Positions 48,770 through 59,320 of a stretch of DNA of 64,000 nt are shown here, one piece after another; the stretch's first letter is position 1, and each line of letters opens with the position of its first letter. This stretch comes from an uncultured delta proteobacterium (lineage in GTDB: Bacteria; Desulfobacterota; Binatia; UBA9968), in contig CAVYTU010000017.1 of NCBI GenBank assembly GCA_963771465.1, positions 544,001 through 608,000 of the forward strand, written 5' to 3'. The notes under the pieces were generated by a model. The model made no database searches and was not told the origin of the DNA. It worked only from the letters and a program-made list of their open reading frames with translations. The translations under genes and the position numbers were made by a program.

Positions 48770-49984
48770 ATGGAGAAAACGAGCCGCAACGGGCCATTAG
48801 TTGGTTATCGGGTACTTGATTTGGCTGGGCCCGCCGGGCTGCATTGTACCAAACTCCTGGCTGACATGGGCGCCGACGTCATCAAGATCGAGCCGCCCTC
48901 GGGTGAGGAGTCGCGGCGAATACCGCCGTACAAAGACGATATTCCGCACCCAGAAACGAGCCTCTACTTTCTCCACTTCAATACCAATAAACGCGGTATC
49001 ACGCTGGATGTGGCGACCAGCGATGGCCGGGCCATCTTGCTCCAACTGGCCCGTAAGGCTGACGTTGTCATCGAAACCTATCCGATCGAGCAATCAGAAA
49101 GGCTCGGCTTGAGCTACGCGCAGTTGAGCGCCGTCAATGCCAGGCTTGTGGTCGCCTCGATCACGCCGTTCGGCCGATCCGGTCCATGGCGGAATTATAA
49201 AGCCGATGACATCGCCGGGATTGCGCTCGGTAATTTACTGTACATCGCGGGCGAACGGGGCAAAGCGCCGCTGCAACCCGCGGGAGAACTCGCTTACGGC
49301 ATGGCATCGACCTACGCCGCTTTTGGCATCGCGGTGGCGCTCTATCGCAGAGTGGCGAGCGGGCGCGGCCAGCATATCGACGTGTCGATGCACGAATGCG
49401 CCGCGCACATCGCCGGTTATTATATTCCCCATTTCAGCGCTAGCGGAGCGAAACCGGCGCGCGCCAAGCGCGTCAGCGCAGAAGAGGCGGATCTTGTCGA
49501 TCCCTTTGCCGTCAAAGATGGCTATGTGCGCTTCTTCCTCGTTAGCAGGGAACAATGGCGCCGCCTGGTAGAATGGATGGGAAGTCCGCCGGCGATTTCC
49601 GGCCCCGAATTCGAGAAGACGACTTATCGGCGCCAACACCCGGCCATCGTTCGGGCTGCGATCGCGGAATTTTGCCGTGGCTTTACCAAGCAGGAAATGT
49701 ACGAAGAAGGCCAAAGACGGCGCATCAGCGTCACGCCGATCAACACGGCCGGCGAGTTCATCGAGAGCGCCCAAACCAAGGCGCGGGAGCTTTTCGTCGA
49801 ACTGCATCACCCGGTGGTCGGCAAGTATTGTGAATTCGCCGGCGTGCCGCGGCTCACAGAGTGTCCCGGCGCGATCCACCGGCCGGCGCCGCTGCTCGGC
49901 GAGCACAACCGTGAAATCTATTGCGGCGAACTCGGCTTTGCCAGTGACGAATTGATCGCCTTGCGCGCCGCGGGAGTTATCTAG
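48770..49984 (+). CDS. CoA-transferase family III (CaiB/BaiF), BbsE-like subunit
   Basis: PLVGYRVLDL, LADMGADVIKIEPP, NTNKRGITLD, GQHIDVSM, APLLGEHN; Tyr at the catalytic Asp position. Confidence 0.9.
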   Translation: MEKTSRNGPLVGYRVLDLAGPAGLHCTKLLADMGADVIKIEPPSGEESRRIPPYKDDIPHPETSLYFLHFNTNKRGITLDVATSDGRAILLQLARKADVVIETYPIEQSERLGLSYAQLSAVNARLVVASITPFGRSGPWRNYKADDIAGIALGNLLYIAGERGKAPLQPAGELAYGMASTYAAFGIAVALYRRVASGRGQHIDVSMHECAAHIAGYYIPHFSASGAKPARAKRVSAEEADLVDPFAVKDGYVRFFLVSREQWRRLVEWMGSPPAISGPEFEKTTYRRQHPAIVRAAIAEFCRGFTKQEMYEEGQRRRISVTPINTAGEFIESAQTKARELFVELHHPVVGKYCEFAGVPRLTECPGAIHRPAPLLGEHNREIYCGELGFASDELIALRAAGVI

Positions 49985-51193
49985 ATGGAAAATCTTCCCT
50001 TGCAAGGTATACGCGTCGTCGAGTTGACCACTGGCGCCGCGGGACCGACGGTGGGCCGTGTGCTGTGCGAGTTCGGCGCCGAAGTGATCCGTTGTGAGAC
50101 GCGCCTTAGGGGTGACGGCCATCGCGGCGAAGATCCCAAACTGTGGAACAAGAAGCCGGACTTCATGAAACTCCAGCGCGGCAAGAAATCCTTCACCGTG
50201 AATATGCAAACCGCAAAAGGGCGCGATCTGGTGAAGCAATTGGTGCGCAAGTCCGATGTGCTCATCGAAAATTTCGGCCTCGGTATCTTGGAAAAATGGG
50301 GACTCGATTATCCTCAGCTCCAGGAGATCAATCCGGCGTGCATTCTGGTGCGCGTCAAAGGCATGGGTTGCACCGGCCCGCACGCCACCGACCTGACCTA
50401 TGGCCCGAATGTGATCAACAACATGGGCGCGACTTATTTGTGGAATTATCTCGGCGCGACCACCGCGACCGCAGAGCCGCGCACACAGCATCCGGATTTC
50501 ATGGGCGGCGTTGTCGGCGCGTTCGGCGTCGTGGCGGCTTTGTTGCAGCGCACGCTCACCGGCCGCGGCGAGATGATCGATAACGCGCAATTGGAAATCG
50601 GCGCCTCGCTCCTCGGGCCCAAATATATGGAATACTCGGTCAACCAGCGCGACCCGAAACCCGAAGGGAATCGCAGCTTGATCGCCGCGCCCTACGGGCC
50701 GTATCAATGCAAAGGCGAAGACCGTTGGTGCGTGATCTCGATCTATACTCAAGCCGAATGGGAGAGTTTCACCGCTTTGGTGGAAAAGTCCGGAGCCAAG
50801 GCCAACGCCAAGTTCGCCACCCACTTAGGCCGGGTGCGTTACCGGGAGGAATTGGAACGGTGGGTAACCGGTTGGACTCTGCAACGTGACGCGTACGAAG
50901 TCATGGAGAGCTTACAGAGCGTCGGCGTATGCGCCGCGGTGGTGCAAGACGTGGAAGATCAATTCAAACGCGACCGGCAATACGCCGCCACCGGATTCTT
51001 AGTCGAACTGACCGAGCCTGAAGCCGGCAATATCGCCACTGAAAATGTCCCCATGCGTCTTTCCGAAAGCCCCGGCAAGGTGCGCGGCCTCGCGCCGTTG
51101 ATGGGTCAGCACACCCATGAGATCGCCAGAGAGCTGTTGGGTTTGAATGATGAGGAAATTACCCAGCTGGAAGAGGAAAAAGTTCTGTACTAA
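49985..51193 (+). CDS. CoA-transferase family III (CaiB/BaiF), BbsF-like catalytic subunit
   Basis: PLQGIRVVEL, RGKKS, DVLIENF, HPDFMGG (catalytic Asp), APLMGQHT. Confidence 0.9.
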   Translation: MENLPLQGIRVVELTTGAAGPTVGRVLCEFGAEVIRCETRLRGDGHRGEDPKLWNKKPDFMKLQRGKKSFTVNMQTAKGRDLVKQLVRKSDVLIENFGLGILEKWGLDYPQLQEINPACILVRVKGMGCTGPHATDLTYGPNVINNMGATYLWNYLGATTATAEPRTQHPDFMGGVVGAFGVVAALLQRTLTGRGEMIDNAQLEIGASLLGPKYMEYSVNQRDPKPEGNRSLIAAPYGPYQCKGEDRWCVISIYTQAEWESFTALVEKSGAKANAKFATHLGRVRYREELERWVTGWTLQRDAYEVMESLQSVGVCAAVVQDVEDQFKRDRQYAATGFLVELTEPEAGNIATENVPMRLSESPGKVRGLAPLMGQHTHEIARELLGLNDEEITQLEEEKVLY

Positions 51194-51292
51194 GCAGCTT
51201 GCGATTCTCGGGGACCGATTGCTCCTGCCAGAAGAAGTCTCGATGGAGCGTTTCCCGACGAACCGTAGGCGTTGCTCGTGGATTTTGACAGC

Positions 51293-52276
51293 TTAGCGAA
51301 ATAGTTTGCGGATCATCTCATTGACCTCGACCTCACGCTGGCTAAGATCGACATCGGCTATGAGCAGTTTGTGTTGCTTGAGCAGCTTGCCGTACTTGGA
51401 GTCGATGTCGTCACGAATGGGCACGCGGCCATATTGATTGATCACTTCCTGACCTTCCTTTGATAACAGCCACTCGATGAATAACTTTGCCGCGAACGGA
51501 TGCGCGGGCTGCGACGGCAAGGAGGCGGCAACCGTATAGGTGATCACCGGTTCGAGACCGATCCAGTCCACCGGTGCGCCTTTGTTTTTCAAATTATCGA
51601 CCGAATATTCATACACGCCCGGCATGATCGCGAACTCGCCGGCGGCGAGCAGGTTTAATAAATTCGTGTTCCCCGCCATGACCTGAGCATTCTGGGCGGC
51701 GAGCTTTTCCATGTAAGCTCGGCCTTTAAGTTTCGACAGCATCGCAAACCACTCGATCTTGGTGTTGTCGATACCCATGACGTTTTTCCAGCGCGGATTG
51801 AGCAAGTCGTCGTAGGTCTTGGGCGCGTCCACACGTTTGACCTGGCGAGAGTTGAAACCCATCAAGGTGCCGCTAGCGTAAACCGAAGTCCAAAAACCTT
51901 CGGGATCTTTGTATTGGCTCGGATAGGACGCTGATTCGGCCGGCACATGGCGGCTGAGCGCGCCGCGCTTTTTTAAGATATGCGTCTCGATGACGCTGGT
52001 GTGGATCACGTCGGCGAGGCGTTGCTTGGCCTGCTCTTCCAACAATACGCGGGTGACCAGCTTTTGCTTATCGGTGCGAAAATATTCGGTCTTGATAAAC
52101 GGATAGCGTTTGTTAAACGCCGCGAGATACATCTGCAGCTGCTGCGCGGCTGCGGAGGCGTAGATGACGAGTTTCCCTTCGTTCTTGGCGCCTGCTATGA
52201 GCGGATCGAGACTTTGGGCGCGCACGGCGGGTGCGAGCATGATTAAGATCAGTAAAGTTGCAAAAGTTAATTGCAT
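51293..52276 (-). CDS. ABC solute-binding protein (Fe/thiamine-type)
   Basis: GGAGG + ATG 52276; AKNEGKLVIY, APKTYDDLLNPRWK, HPFAAKLFIEWLLSKEGQ. Confidence 0.88.
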   Translation of the reverse strand: MQLTFATLLILIMLAPAVRAQSLDPLIAGAKNEGKLVIYASAAAQQLQMYLAAFNKRYPFIKTEYFRTDKQKLVTRVLLEEQAKQRLADVIHTSVIETHILKKRGALSRHVPAESASYPSQYKDPEGFWTSVYASGTLMGFNSRQVKRVDAPKTYDDLLNPRWKNVMGIDNTKIEWFAMLSKLKGRAYMEKLAAQNAQVMAGNTNLLNLLAAGEFAIMPGVYEYSVDNLKNKGAPVDWIGLEPVITYTVAASLPSQPAHPFAAKLFIEWLLSKEGQEVINQYGRVPIRDDIDSKYGKLLKQHKLLIADVDLSQREVEVNEMIRKLFR

Positions 52277-52401
52277 GAAGCCTCCGGTTACGCTCACGGT
52301 AATTGAGATTGTCCCGCTGTGTCAATATCGGTGCCAGATTCAGCGCGTCGACAATGGCCAGGTTTTCCATTACGATTAAGCAGACATTGCGAGGTAAATT
52401 T

Positions 52402-54024
52402 ATGGCGACGCCTGAATTCGTTTATCAAGATCCGCTACCGTTGGAGAAAGATTCGACTCGTTATCGGTTGCTGAGCAAGGAGCATGTCTCGGTTACCAAA
52501 TTCGAAGGCAAGGACATGCTCAAAGTCGAGCCTGAGGCGTTGACGTTGCTCGCCAACGTGGCGATCCGCGATGTCTCGTTTCTGCTGCGCGCGGCGCATC
52601 TGGAAAAGGTCGCGGCGATTCTCAAAGATTCCGAAGCATCGGCCAACGACAAATACGTCGCGCTGGCGATGTTGCGCAACGCCGACACGTCGTCAAAGGG
52701 GATTTTGCCGTTCTGTCAGGACACCGGCACGGCGACGGTATTCGCCAAGAAAGGGCAGCAGGTTTGGACCGGCGTCAAGGATGAAGAGTTTATCGCCAAG
52801 GGAATTTACAAAACCTACACCGAAGAGAATCTCCGCTACTCGCAGACCGCGCCGCTCAATATGTATGACGAAGTCGATACCGGCACCAATCTGCCAGCGC
52901 AAATCGATGTTATGGCGACAGACGGTATGGAGTACAATTTTCTTTTTGTCACCAAAGGCGGCGGCTCGGCGAACAAGACGATGCTCTACCAAGAGACCAA
53001 AGCGCTGCTCAACCCGGCGAGCTTGGAAAAATTTCTCACCGAGAAAATGAATACCCTCGGCACCGCCGGCTGCCCGCCCTATCATTTGGTATTCGTCATT
53101 GGCGGCACGTCTGCGGAGGCGTGCTTGAAGACCGTGAAGTTGGCCTCCACCGGTTATCTCGATCAGCTGCCGATGACAGGCAATATCCATGGGCGCGCAT
53201 TTCGCGATACGGAGACCGAAAACCGCATGCTCCAGCAGGCCTACAAGTCCGGTTACGGCGCGCAGTTTGGCGGCAAATATTTCGCTTTAGATCTGCGGGT
53301 CATTCGCCTGCCGCGCCACGGCGCGTCGTGCCCGGTTGGCATGGGCGTTTCTTGCTCGGCGGATCGCAACGTCAAAGGCAAGATCAATAAGGATGGCATC
53401 TGGCTCGAAGAGCTGGAACGCGAACCGGGCCGGCTGATTCCGGAAGATTATCGCGGCAAGGTGGCGAGCAACGTTGTCAAAGTCGACCTTAATCGGCCGA
53501 TGGCGGAAATCCTCGCGCAACTGACCAAACATCCGGTGACCACGCAATTGTCGCTAACCGGCACGATGATCGTGGCGCGAGATATCGCCCATGCGAAACT
53601 CAAAGAGCGATTGGATAAAGGCGAAGGTTTGCCGCAGTATCTGAAAGATCATCCGGTTTATTACGCCGGCCCGGCAAAGACGCCGGAAGGATTGCCTTCG
53701 GGATCGTTCGGCCCGACCACGGCGGGGCGGATGGATTCCTATGTCGAATTGTTCCAATCCCACGGCGCGGCGCTGATTACTCTGGCGAAAGGTAATCGCA
53801 GCCAGCAGGTGACCGACGCGTGCAAAAAATATGGCGGCTTTTATCTGGGTTCCATCGGTGGGCCGGCGGCGATCCTCGCCAAGGAGAATATTAAAAAAGT
53901 CGAATTGTTAGAATATCCGGAGCTGGGCATGGAAGCTGTCTACAAGATCGACGTGGAAGACTTCCCTGCGTTTATTCTGGTCGACGACAAAGGCAACGAC
54001 TTCTTCAAGCAGATCCTGCATTGA
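52402..54024 (+). CDS. fumA: Fumarate hydratase class I (Fe-S)
   Basis: [51 protein letters not shown]; GAGGT RBS. Confidence 0.95.
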   Translation: MATPEFVYQDPLPLEKDSTRYRLLSKEHVSVTKFEGKDMLKVEPEALTLLANVAIRDVSFLLRAAHLEKVAAILKDSEASANDKYVALAMLRNADTSSKGILPFCQDTGTATVFAKKGQQVWTGVKDEEFIAKGIYKTYTEENLRYSQTAPLNMYDEVDTGTNLPAQIDVMATDGMEYNFLFVTKGGGSANKTMLYQETKALLNPASLEKFLTEKMNTLGTAGCPPYHLVFVIGGTSAEACLKTVKLASTGYLDQLPMTGNIHGRAFRDTETENRMLQQAYKSGYGAQFGGKYFALDLRVIRLPRHGASCPVGMGVSCSADRNVKGKINKDGIWLEELEREPGRLIPEDYRGKVASNVVKVDLNRPMAEILAQLTKHPVTTQLSLTGTMIVARDIAHAKLKERLDKGEGLPQYLKDHPVYYAGPAKTPEGLPSGSFGPTTAGRMDSYVELFQSHGAALITLAKGNRSQQVTDACKKYGGFYLGSIGGPAAILAKENIKKVELLEYPELGMEAVYKIDVEDFPAFILVDDKGNDFFKQILH

Positions 54025-54048
54025 AGCGATTTATCCGGCGGTTACTCA

Positions 54049-54639
54049 TCACAGAAAGTCTTCCAGGTCAAAACGATCGGCGCTTACCGTTCTACCTTCG
54101 ATGCGCACGAAGTCGCCATTGCGCAAGCGGTTAAACCGGTCAGTGACCGCCCGTGGCGCATTGAAGGCTACCGTCACGACGATCAGCCGGTTCCTCGAAT
54201 CGCGAATCTCGAACGTGCCGCGGCGATTGTCGATATATTCTACCCGGCCTTCGGTTTGATCGAGGCGGGCGCCGCCGGTGGAACCGCGATCTTGCACCGA
54301 CTCGCGCACAGTGACGGTGTCGGTATAATTCCGGCCGTCGCGGTCTTGCTGAATCCGCGCCGCGACATAATCGCCGCGCTCCAAGTTGCTCACCTGGTAA
54401 TTACGCTGCCGGTAAATAACTTGAGTGTTGTCGTCGTAGCGGATCGACGAAGTGCGGCCCGCGTCCGTGCGTATCTCGATCTGCCGGCTACGAGCGTCGA
54501 TGTTCTGAACTTCACCGACGATTTCGTTGGATAGAGTTCCATAGTCGCCAAGTCCGTCCACGTGGCCAAGTTCATGGCAGCCGGCCACGAGAAAAATTCC
54601 TATTACAACCGTCATCAATAGTAGCTTGGTCGATCTCAT
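54049..54639 (-). CDS. Hypothetical lipoprotein with two OB-fold-like repeats (DUF5666-like)
   Basis: Lipobox VAGC; repeats GEVQNID...LERGDYV and GRVEYID...LRNGDFVRIEG. Confidence 0.7.
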   Translation of the reverse strand: MRSTKLLLMTVVIGIFLVAGCHELGHVDGLGDYGTLSNEIVGEVQNIDARSRQIEIRTDAGRTSSIRYDDNTQVIYRQRNYQVSNLERGDYVAARIQQDRDGRNYTDTVTVRESVQDRGSTGGARLDQTEGRVEYIDNRRGTFEIRDSRNRLIVVTVAFNAPRAVTDRFNRLRNGDFVRIEGRTVSADRFDLEDFL

Positions 54640-54847
54640 GGCCTGCTCCTTTGACTTCAAAGTTTGTCAGCTTCTTGGACGAAAACGTCGCCACTCCAAT
54701 TCACTCGTTATTCGTACGATTGGAAGATTGCGCGCTACGTGACGATTCAGCCCGTTCATTTGGACGATCTATGCTCGATCATTTGACGGGTGACTCGCAA
54801 TAGAGTTAATTTGCTGTGGAATCTTTTGTTTTTCTGGAGGCTTAGCC

Positions 54848-55858
54848 GTGGCAACTATCGATGCCGATGCGCATGTGATCGAGAGCGAAGAGACGTGGAG
54901 TTACATCGACAACGAAAAACTCCGGCCTTTTTTGGTGACGCCCGGCGGCGGACGCCCGCAGAACTGGTTGGTCGATGGCCGAGTATTTCACCGCGGTGTG
55001 AATTTCGACCGTCACTTGCCGATCGAGATTTGTGAAATGCGCGACATCAAAAGCCGGCTCAAACACATGGACGAGCTGGAAATCGACGTGCAGGTGCTCT
55101 ATCCGTCGCTATTTCTCCGTCCGCTCACGGCAAAAGCCGAAGTCGAGAACGCCATCTGTCACAGTTATAACCGATGGCTAATCGATATTTGCGCCAAGGG
55201 GGAAGGGCGGCTTCATTGGATCGCGGTGGTACCGGTGATCGATATGGCCAGCGCGGTGGCCGAAGTCGAGTTCGCCAAAGCAAACGGCGCCTGCGGCATC
55301 TTCATGCGCGGCTTGATCGACGACAAGCGGCTCAGCCATGCGTACTTTTTTCCACTGTATGCGGCTGCCGAGAAAACCCAGCTGCCGATCTGCGTTCACG
55401 CGTCCACCGGCAACTTCGACTGGGTGCAGATGTTCGACGGCGAGAGCGGCTTCATGCGCTTCAAAGCGCCGGTGCTGTCGGCCTTTCACGCCATTGTTCA
55501 TGACGGCGTGCCCAAGAAATTCCCCAAACTCAAATTCGGTTTCATCGAGGTGCGCGCTCAATGGGTGCCCTATATGGCAGTGGAAATCGCGCGTCGCTTC
55601 GACCGCGCCGATAACGCCGTGGCGCGCAGCTTGATTCGCGACAATCATGTCTACGTCGCCTGCCAGACTGACGACGATCTGCCCTACGTGCTTAAGTATT
55701 CCGGCGAGGATAATATCGTCATCGGTTCGGACTACGGCCACAACGATACGTCATCGGAAATCACTGCGCTGCGGACGATCAGGGAGAAAGGTGAAGTCGA
55801 GCCGCGCATTATCGACAAAATTCTCTATGACAATGCCAAGGCGCTTTACGGAATATAA
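54848..55858 (+). CDS. Amidohydrolase_2 family protein
   Basis: IDADAHVIE, MDELEIDVQVLYPS, ICVH, IGSDYGHND; GGAGG RBS. Confidence 0.88.
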   Translation: MATIDADAHVIESEETWSYIDNEKLRPFLVTPGGGRPQNWLVDGRVFHRGVNFDRHLPIEICEMRDIKSRLKHMDELEIDVQVLYPSLFLRPLTAKAEVENAICHSYNRWLIDICAKGEGRLHWIAVVPVIDMASAVAEVEFAKANGACGIFMRGLIDDKRLSHAYFFPLYAAAEKTQLPICVHASTGNFDWVQMFDGESGFMRFKAPVLSAFHAIVHDGVPKKFPKLKFGFIEVRAQWVPYMAVEIARRFDRADNAVARSLIRDNHVYVACQTDDDLPYVLKYSGEDNIVIGSDYGHNDTSSEITALRTIREKGEVEPRIIDKILYDNAKALYGI

Positions 55859-55902
55859 AAGTTTACTGCTGGTGAATTCGCGTTGACACGAAATCCTGCG
55901 GC

Positions 55903-56986
55903 CTACAGGTTATACAATTTCGCCGCGTTCTCGCCCATGATTTTGGTCTTCAGCGTGTCCGCTAATATCCTTCCGCTCCATCACTTCTTCGACCGTATGG
56001 GGGAATTTCGAATCGCTATGGTTGTAGTCGGTGGCGAAGACTAAACGCTCGGCGCCGACGAATTCGGCGACGTAGGGCAATATCTTTTCTTCCATCTCGA
56101 AGGCGTAGAACATCTGGCCGCTTTTCATATACTCGCTCGGCGGCTTGGTGAGCCACGGCACTGTCGGTTGAAGGATTTCATAGTGCTCGTCGAGGCGCTC
56201 CATCCAGTAGGGCACCCAGCCGCAGCCGGCTTCCATGAAGGCGAATTTCAATTTGGGAAACCGTTCGAGCATGCCGCCGCAGACGACGCACAGCGCGGCG
56301 ATCATCTGCTCGAAGGGATGCGCCAGCGCGTGGGTGTAGAGCGGATGGTCGAAGCGCTCGGTGGCCGCCGGCACGCCGTCGCCGGCGCCGACGTGAATGC
56401 ATACGGGCACGTTCAGGCGTTCAGCTTCGGCGAAGAAAGGATAGAGGTCGGGATCGTCGAGATTTTTCTTCGACGCTGATACCGGTGGTGTGGCGACGGC
56501 GACGAATTTTAGTTCTTGAACCGCGCGGCGCAGTTCCTTGACCGCTTCGACCGGGTCTTGGATCGCCACCGCGGCAACGCCCTTGAGTCTGCGCGCGTCG
56601 GCGTTGCAGTAGCCGGCGAGCCAGTTGTTGTAGACCCGCGCAACGGCGCAGGCCAAATCTTTGTCTTCGACAAACGGTAAGCTCAGAAATGGCGAAGTGC
56701 CGAAGAGCACCGCGGTGTCGATGCCTTCGAGATCCATGTCTTTTAAGCGCTGCACGGGGTCGGTCATGCCGGTGGTCGGCTGCGGATGGTGGCTGCGCGG
56801 CGCGCCGACGAAGCTGCACGCTTTGCCGACCGGTTTGGGTGTGAGCTTACCTTCCATCATGACGAAGGGAAAACCGCGATTGTCTTTGACCACTCGCGGC
56901 GCGCGCGCGCGGTAAGGGGCTTCGAGCAATTCTTCCCAGGGAATATCGCGTTCCAATACATGTCCGTCGGCGTCGATAATGCGCAT
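55903..56986 (-). CDS. Amidohydrolase_2 family protein; frameshift near 55960 alters the C-terminus
   Basis: MRIIDADGHVLE, DMDLEGID, FATDYNH; removing one base restores DTLKTKIMGENAAKLYNL*. Confidence 0.87.
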
Positions 56987-57126
56987 GCCTATTATTCCTT
57001 CGCTTTCCGTCAAGATTACTGTGTTAACTTTCTACTTATCTCACAGCGCCATGGAAACCAAACTACGGCGCGCAAGCGCTTCCCCCGTGTTGAGGATTCG
57101 GCAAGCGCGGCGGTGCAATTCGCCAG

Positions 57127-58137
57127 CTATTTTATTTGGCCGGGAAATAATTTCGCCGCGTAATCGCGGTTTACTTCCTTGATCAGCGTGTTATCGAAAA
57201 ATCGCCGTGGGTCCATCTCGGCGGCTTTGGCGACGGTGGATTGCTCGAGGACGAGCTTGATCGCTGCCGCGTCGACGGTCATGTCTTTGTTCCAAACTTT
57301 CTTGCCTTCCTGATAGCTGTCTTCCAGCAGTTTGGGATCGGTGACCTTCGTGTAGTGGGACTCGACCTGTTTGGCGGCGCGGGGATCGTCAATGGCTCGC
57401 TTAATGCCGTCGAGATAGCCCATCAAAAACACTTTCAGTGTGTTCGGATACTTCTGCACGAATGCGCGCGCGACACCGGTTCCCGGACCGATGATTTTGA
57501 AGCCCCGTTCGTAATAGTCGATGATCACCGGGTAGCCTTTGCTTTTGGCCATTTCAGTTTGCGGCGGTGTGACGATCAGTCCATCGGCGTTGTTGAGTAT
57601 GAATGTCGACAACGCGTCGGGCGGCCCCTTGTGATAGAGCAGCTTGATATCCTTGCCGATCTCCATGCCGCGTTCCTTGGCCGATTTGCGCATGGCGATC
57701 TCGCCGAAAGCGCCGACCGATGTCGTCGCCACGGCCTTGCCCCTTAAACCTTCCAGCGTCGTGATGCCTTTTTGTCCGAACAAGACCAGCGTGCTCTTAT
57801 CGACGGCGGCGGCGACGTAAATCACATCCGACCCGGCAACGTTGGCGTGAATCGTCGCCGTGCCGCCCTGATAGATGTCGACCGTTCCGGAGAGTAACGC
57901 TTGAGCGGACGACGTGGCGCTCAGCACCGTGAGGTTTACCTGTAACCCGCGTTTGGCGAAATAGCCGGCGTCGGCGGCGAGCAACAGCGGTAAGTAGAGC
58001 GGGCCGGTGGCGGCGATGGCGACTTCCAGGCGATTTTTCTCCGGCTTGATCTCCGAACCCTGCGCCGCTTGAGCTATGCGGCCGGTGAATAGAACTAACG
58101 CGAAGGCGAAATACAATGAAATCAAGATGTGCTGCAT
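57127..58137 (-). CDS. ABC solute-binding protein, SsuA/NMT1-like
   Basis: Signal peptide; ADAGYFAKRGL, LRGKAVATT, RFFDNTLI. Confidence 0.86.
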   Translation of the reverse strand: MQHILISLYFAFALVLFTGRIAQAAQGSEIKPEKNRLEVAIAATGPLYLPLLLAADAGYFAKRGLQVNLTVLSATSSAQALLSGTVDIYQGGTATIHANVAGSDVIYVAAAVDKSTLVLFGQKGITTLEGLRGKAVATTSVGAFGEIAMRKSAKERGMEIGKDIKLLYHKGPPDALSTFILNNADGLIVTPPQTEMAKSKGYPVIIDYYERGFKIIGPGTGVARAFVQKYPNTLKVFLMGYLDGIKRAIDDPRAAKQVESHYTKVTDPKLLEDSYQEGKKVWNKDMTVDAAAIKLVLEQSTVAKAAEMDPRRFFDNTLIKEVNRDYAAKLFPGQIK

Positions 58138-58163
58138 GATGTGAATCTCCTAAGTGCGCCCGG

Positions 58164-59177
58164 TTATTTCGCCGCGAGCACGCTGGTCAGTTTCGCTAGC
58201 GTTGGCGGCGGCAGCTTGAATAAGCCGTCGACCAGCTTTTTTACTTCCTCGCCGCTCAAGGGATTGATATCGAGATTGGCCCTTTTGGCTTCCGCCACAA
58301 ACTCGGGATCGGTCAATGTCCTGGCGAAGGCGTTGCGCAATATTTGCAAGCGCTCTTTCGTTATGCGCGGCGTGGTGACGTAAACGCGCACGATGGCCGC
58401 CGGATCGATGGCGCCGGCGCGCAGAAGCAACTTGGCTTCCTCGGTCTTTGCCAAGTCGAGCGCCAATGGCACGTTGGGCAGGTCGGCAAGTTTTTTTGCC
58501 GTTACTTGGAGCACGACGTTGACTTCGCCGGCGGGGATCGCTTTGGCCCATGCGGTTTTCAAAGTCTCCCAAGCCCAGCAGGCGCCATGAATCTCGCCGG
58601 CGTCGGCAGCCAGGCGAACTTCGTTGGTGCCCTTATAACCTTCGACCAATTGGACCGGTAGATTCAATGCGCTTTGGATGATGCGCGCGACGTCGCTGGT
58701 ACTGTTGCCCGGGCTCAAGCCGCCGAGCTTGAGCGGCGTCTTCGACGCCATCCACTGCTCCATGTTGGTCACGCCGCTTTCTTTGCGCAGCGCGCACACC
58801 GTATTGTCCTGCACCGGCACGCCGAGATATTCCAGCTCGCGCATGTCGAAGTCGATGCCTTTCATGCCGATGGCGCGGCCGAGAATCAAGCCGCCGTTGA
58901 ACATGCCGATGGATAAGCCGTCCGGTTTCGCGTTGCTATGAACATACTTCGCCGCGATCAGCGTGCCGGCGCCGGTCATGTTTTCGACGATGAACGATGG
59001 ATTGCCGGGAATGTGTTTGCCCATGTGGCGCGCCATGGCGCGGGTGTAGATGTCGAAACCGCCGCCGGCGCTGCCGCCGACGATAACGCGCACGGTCTTG
59101 CCGCGGTAGAAGTCTGCCGCGCCGGCGCTGCCTGACAGCAATACCACGGCGACCATCATCAAAATTCCATTGACCAT
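58164..59177 (-). CDS. Tripartite tricarboxylate transporter substrate-binding protein (TctC/Bug)
   Basis: FYRGKTVRVIVGGSAGGGFD, HIPGNP..IVENMTGAG, KPDGL, GYKGT; GGAGG + ATG 59177. Confidence 0.9.
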   Translation of the reverse strand: MVNGILMMVAVVLLSGSAGAADFYRGKTVRVIVGGSAGGGFDIYTRAMARHMGKHIPGNPSFIVENMTGAGTLIAAKYVHSNAKPDGLSIGMFNGGLILGRAIGMKGIDFDMRELEYLGVPVQDNTVCALRKESGVTNMEQWMASKTPLKLGGLSPGNSTSDVARIIQSALNLPVQLVEGYKGTNEVRLAADAGEIHGACWAWETLKTAWAKAIPAGEVNVVLQVTAKKLADLPNVPLALDLAKTEEAKLLLRAGAIDPAAIVRVYVTTPRITKERLQILRNAFARTLTDPEFVAEAKRANLDINPLSGEEVKKLVDGLFKLPPPTLAKLTSVLAAK

Positions 59178-59320
59178 GCGCGCCACCTCCGAATTCGGCT
59201 GATTATGGTGCAATTAACTGGCATGTCAACGATGGCGCGCGTTGGCCATTTGCGGTTGACGCTCGACGCCGACTTCGCGTACTTTGTCGTCGCTGCCAGA
59301 TTCTCCAGAGAGGTAAATCG

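Noticed and set aside
49235-50824. 529-aa antisense ORF, and similar shadow ORFs such as 62518-63354, 21926-22699 and 63288-63983
   Set aside because: They lie opposite well-supported genes, have no family motifs and are expected from GC-rich codon bias
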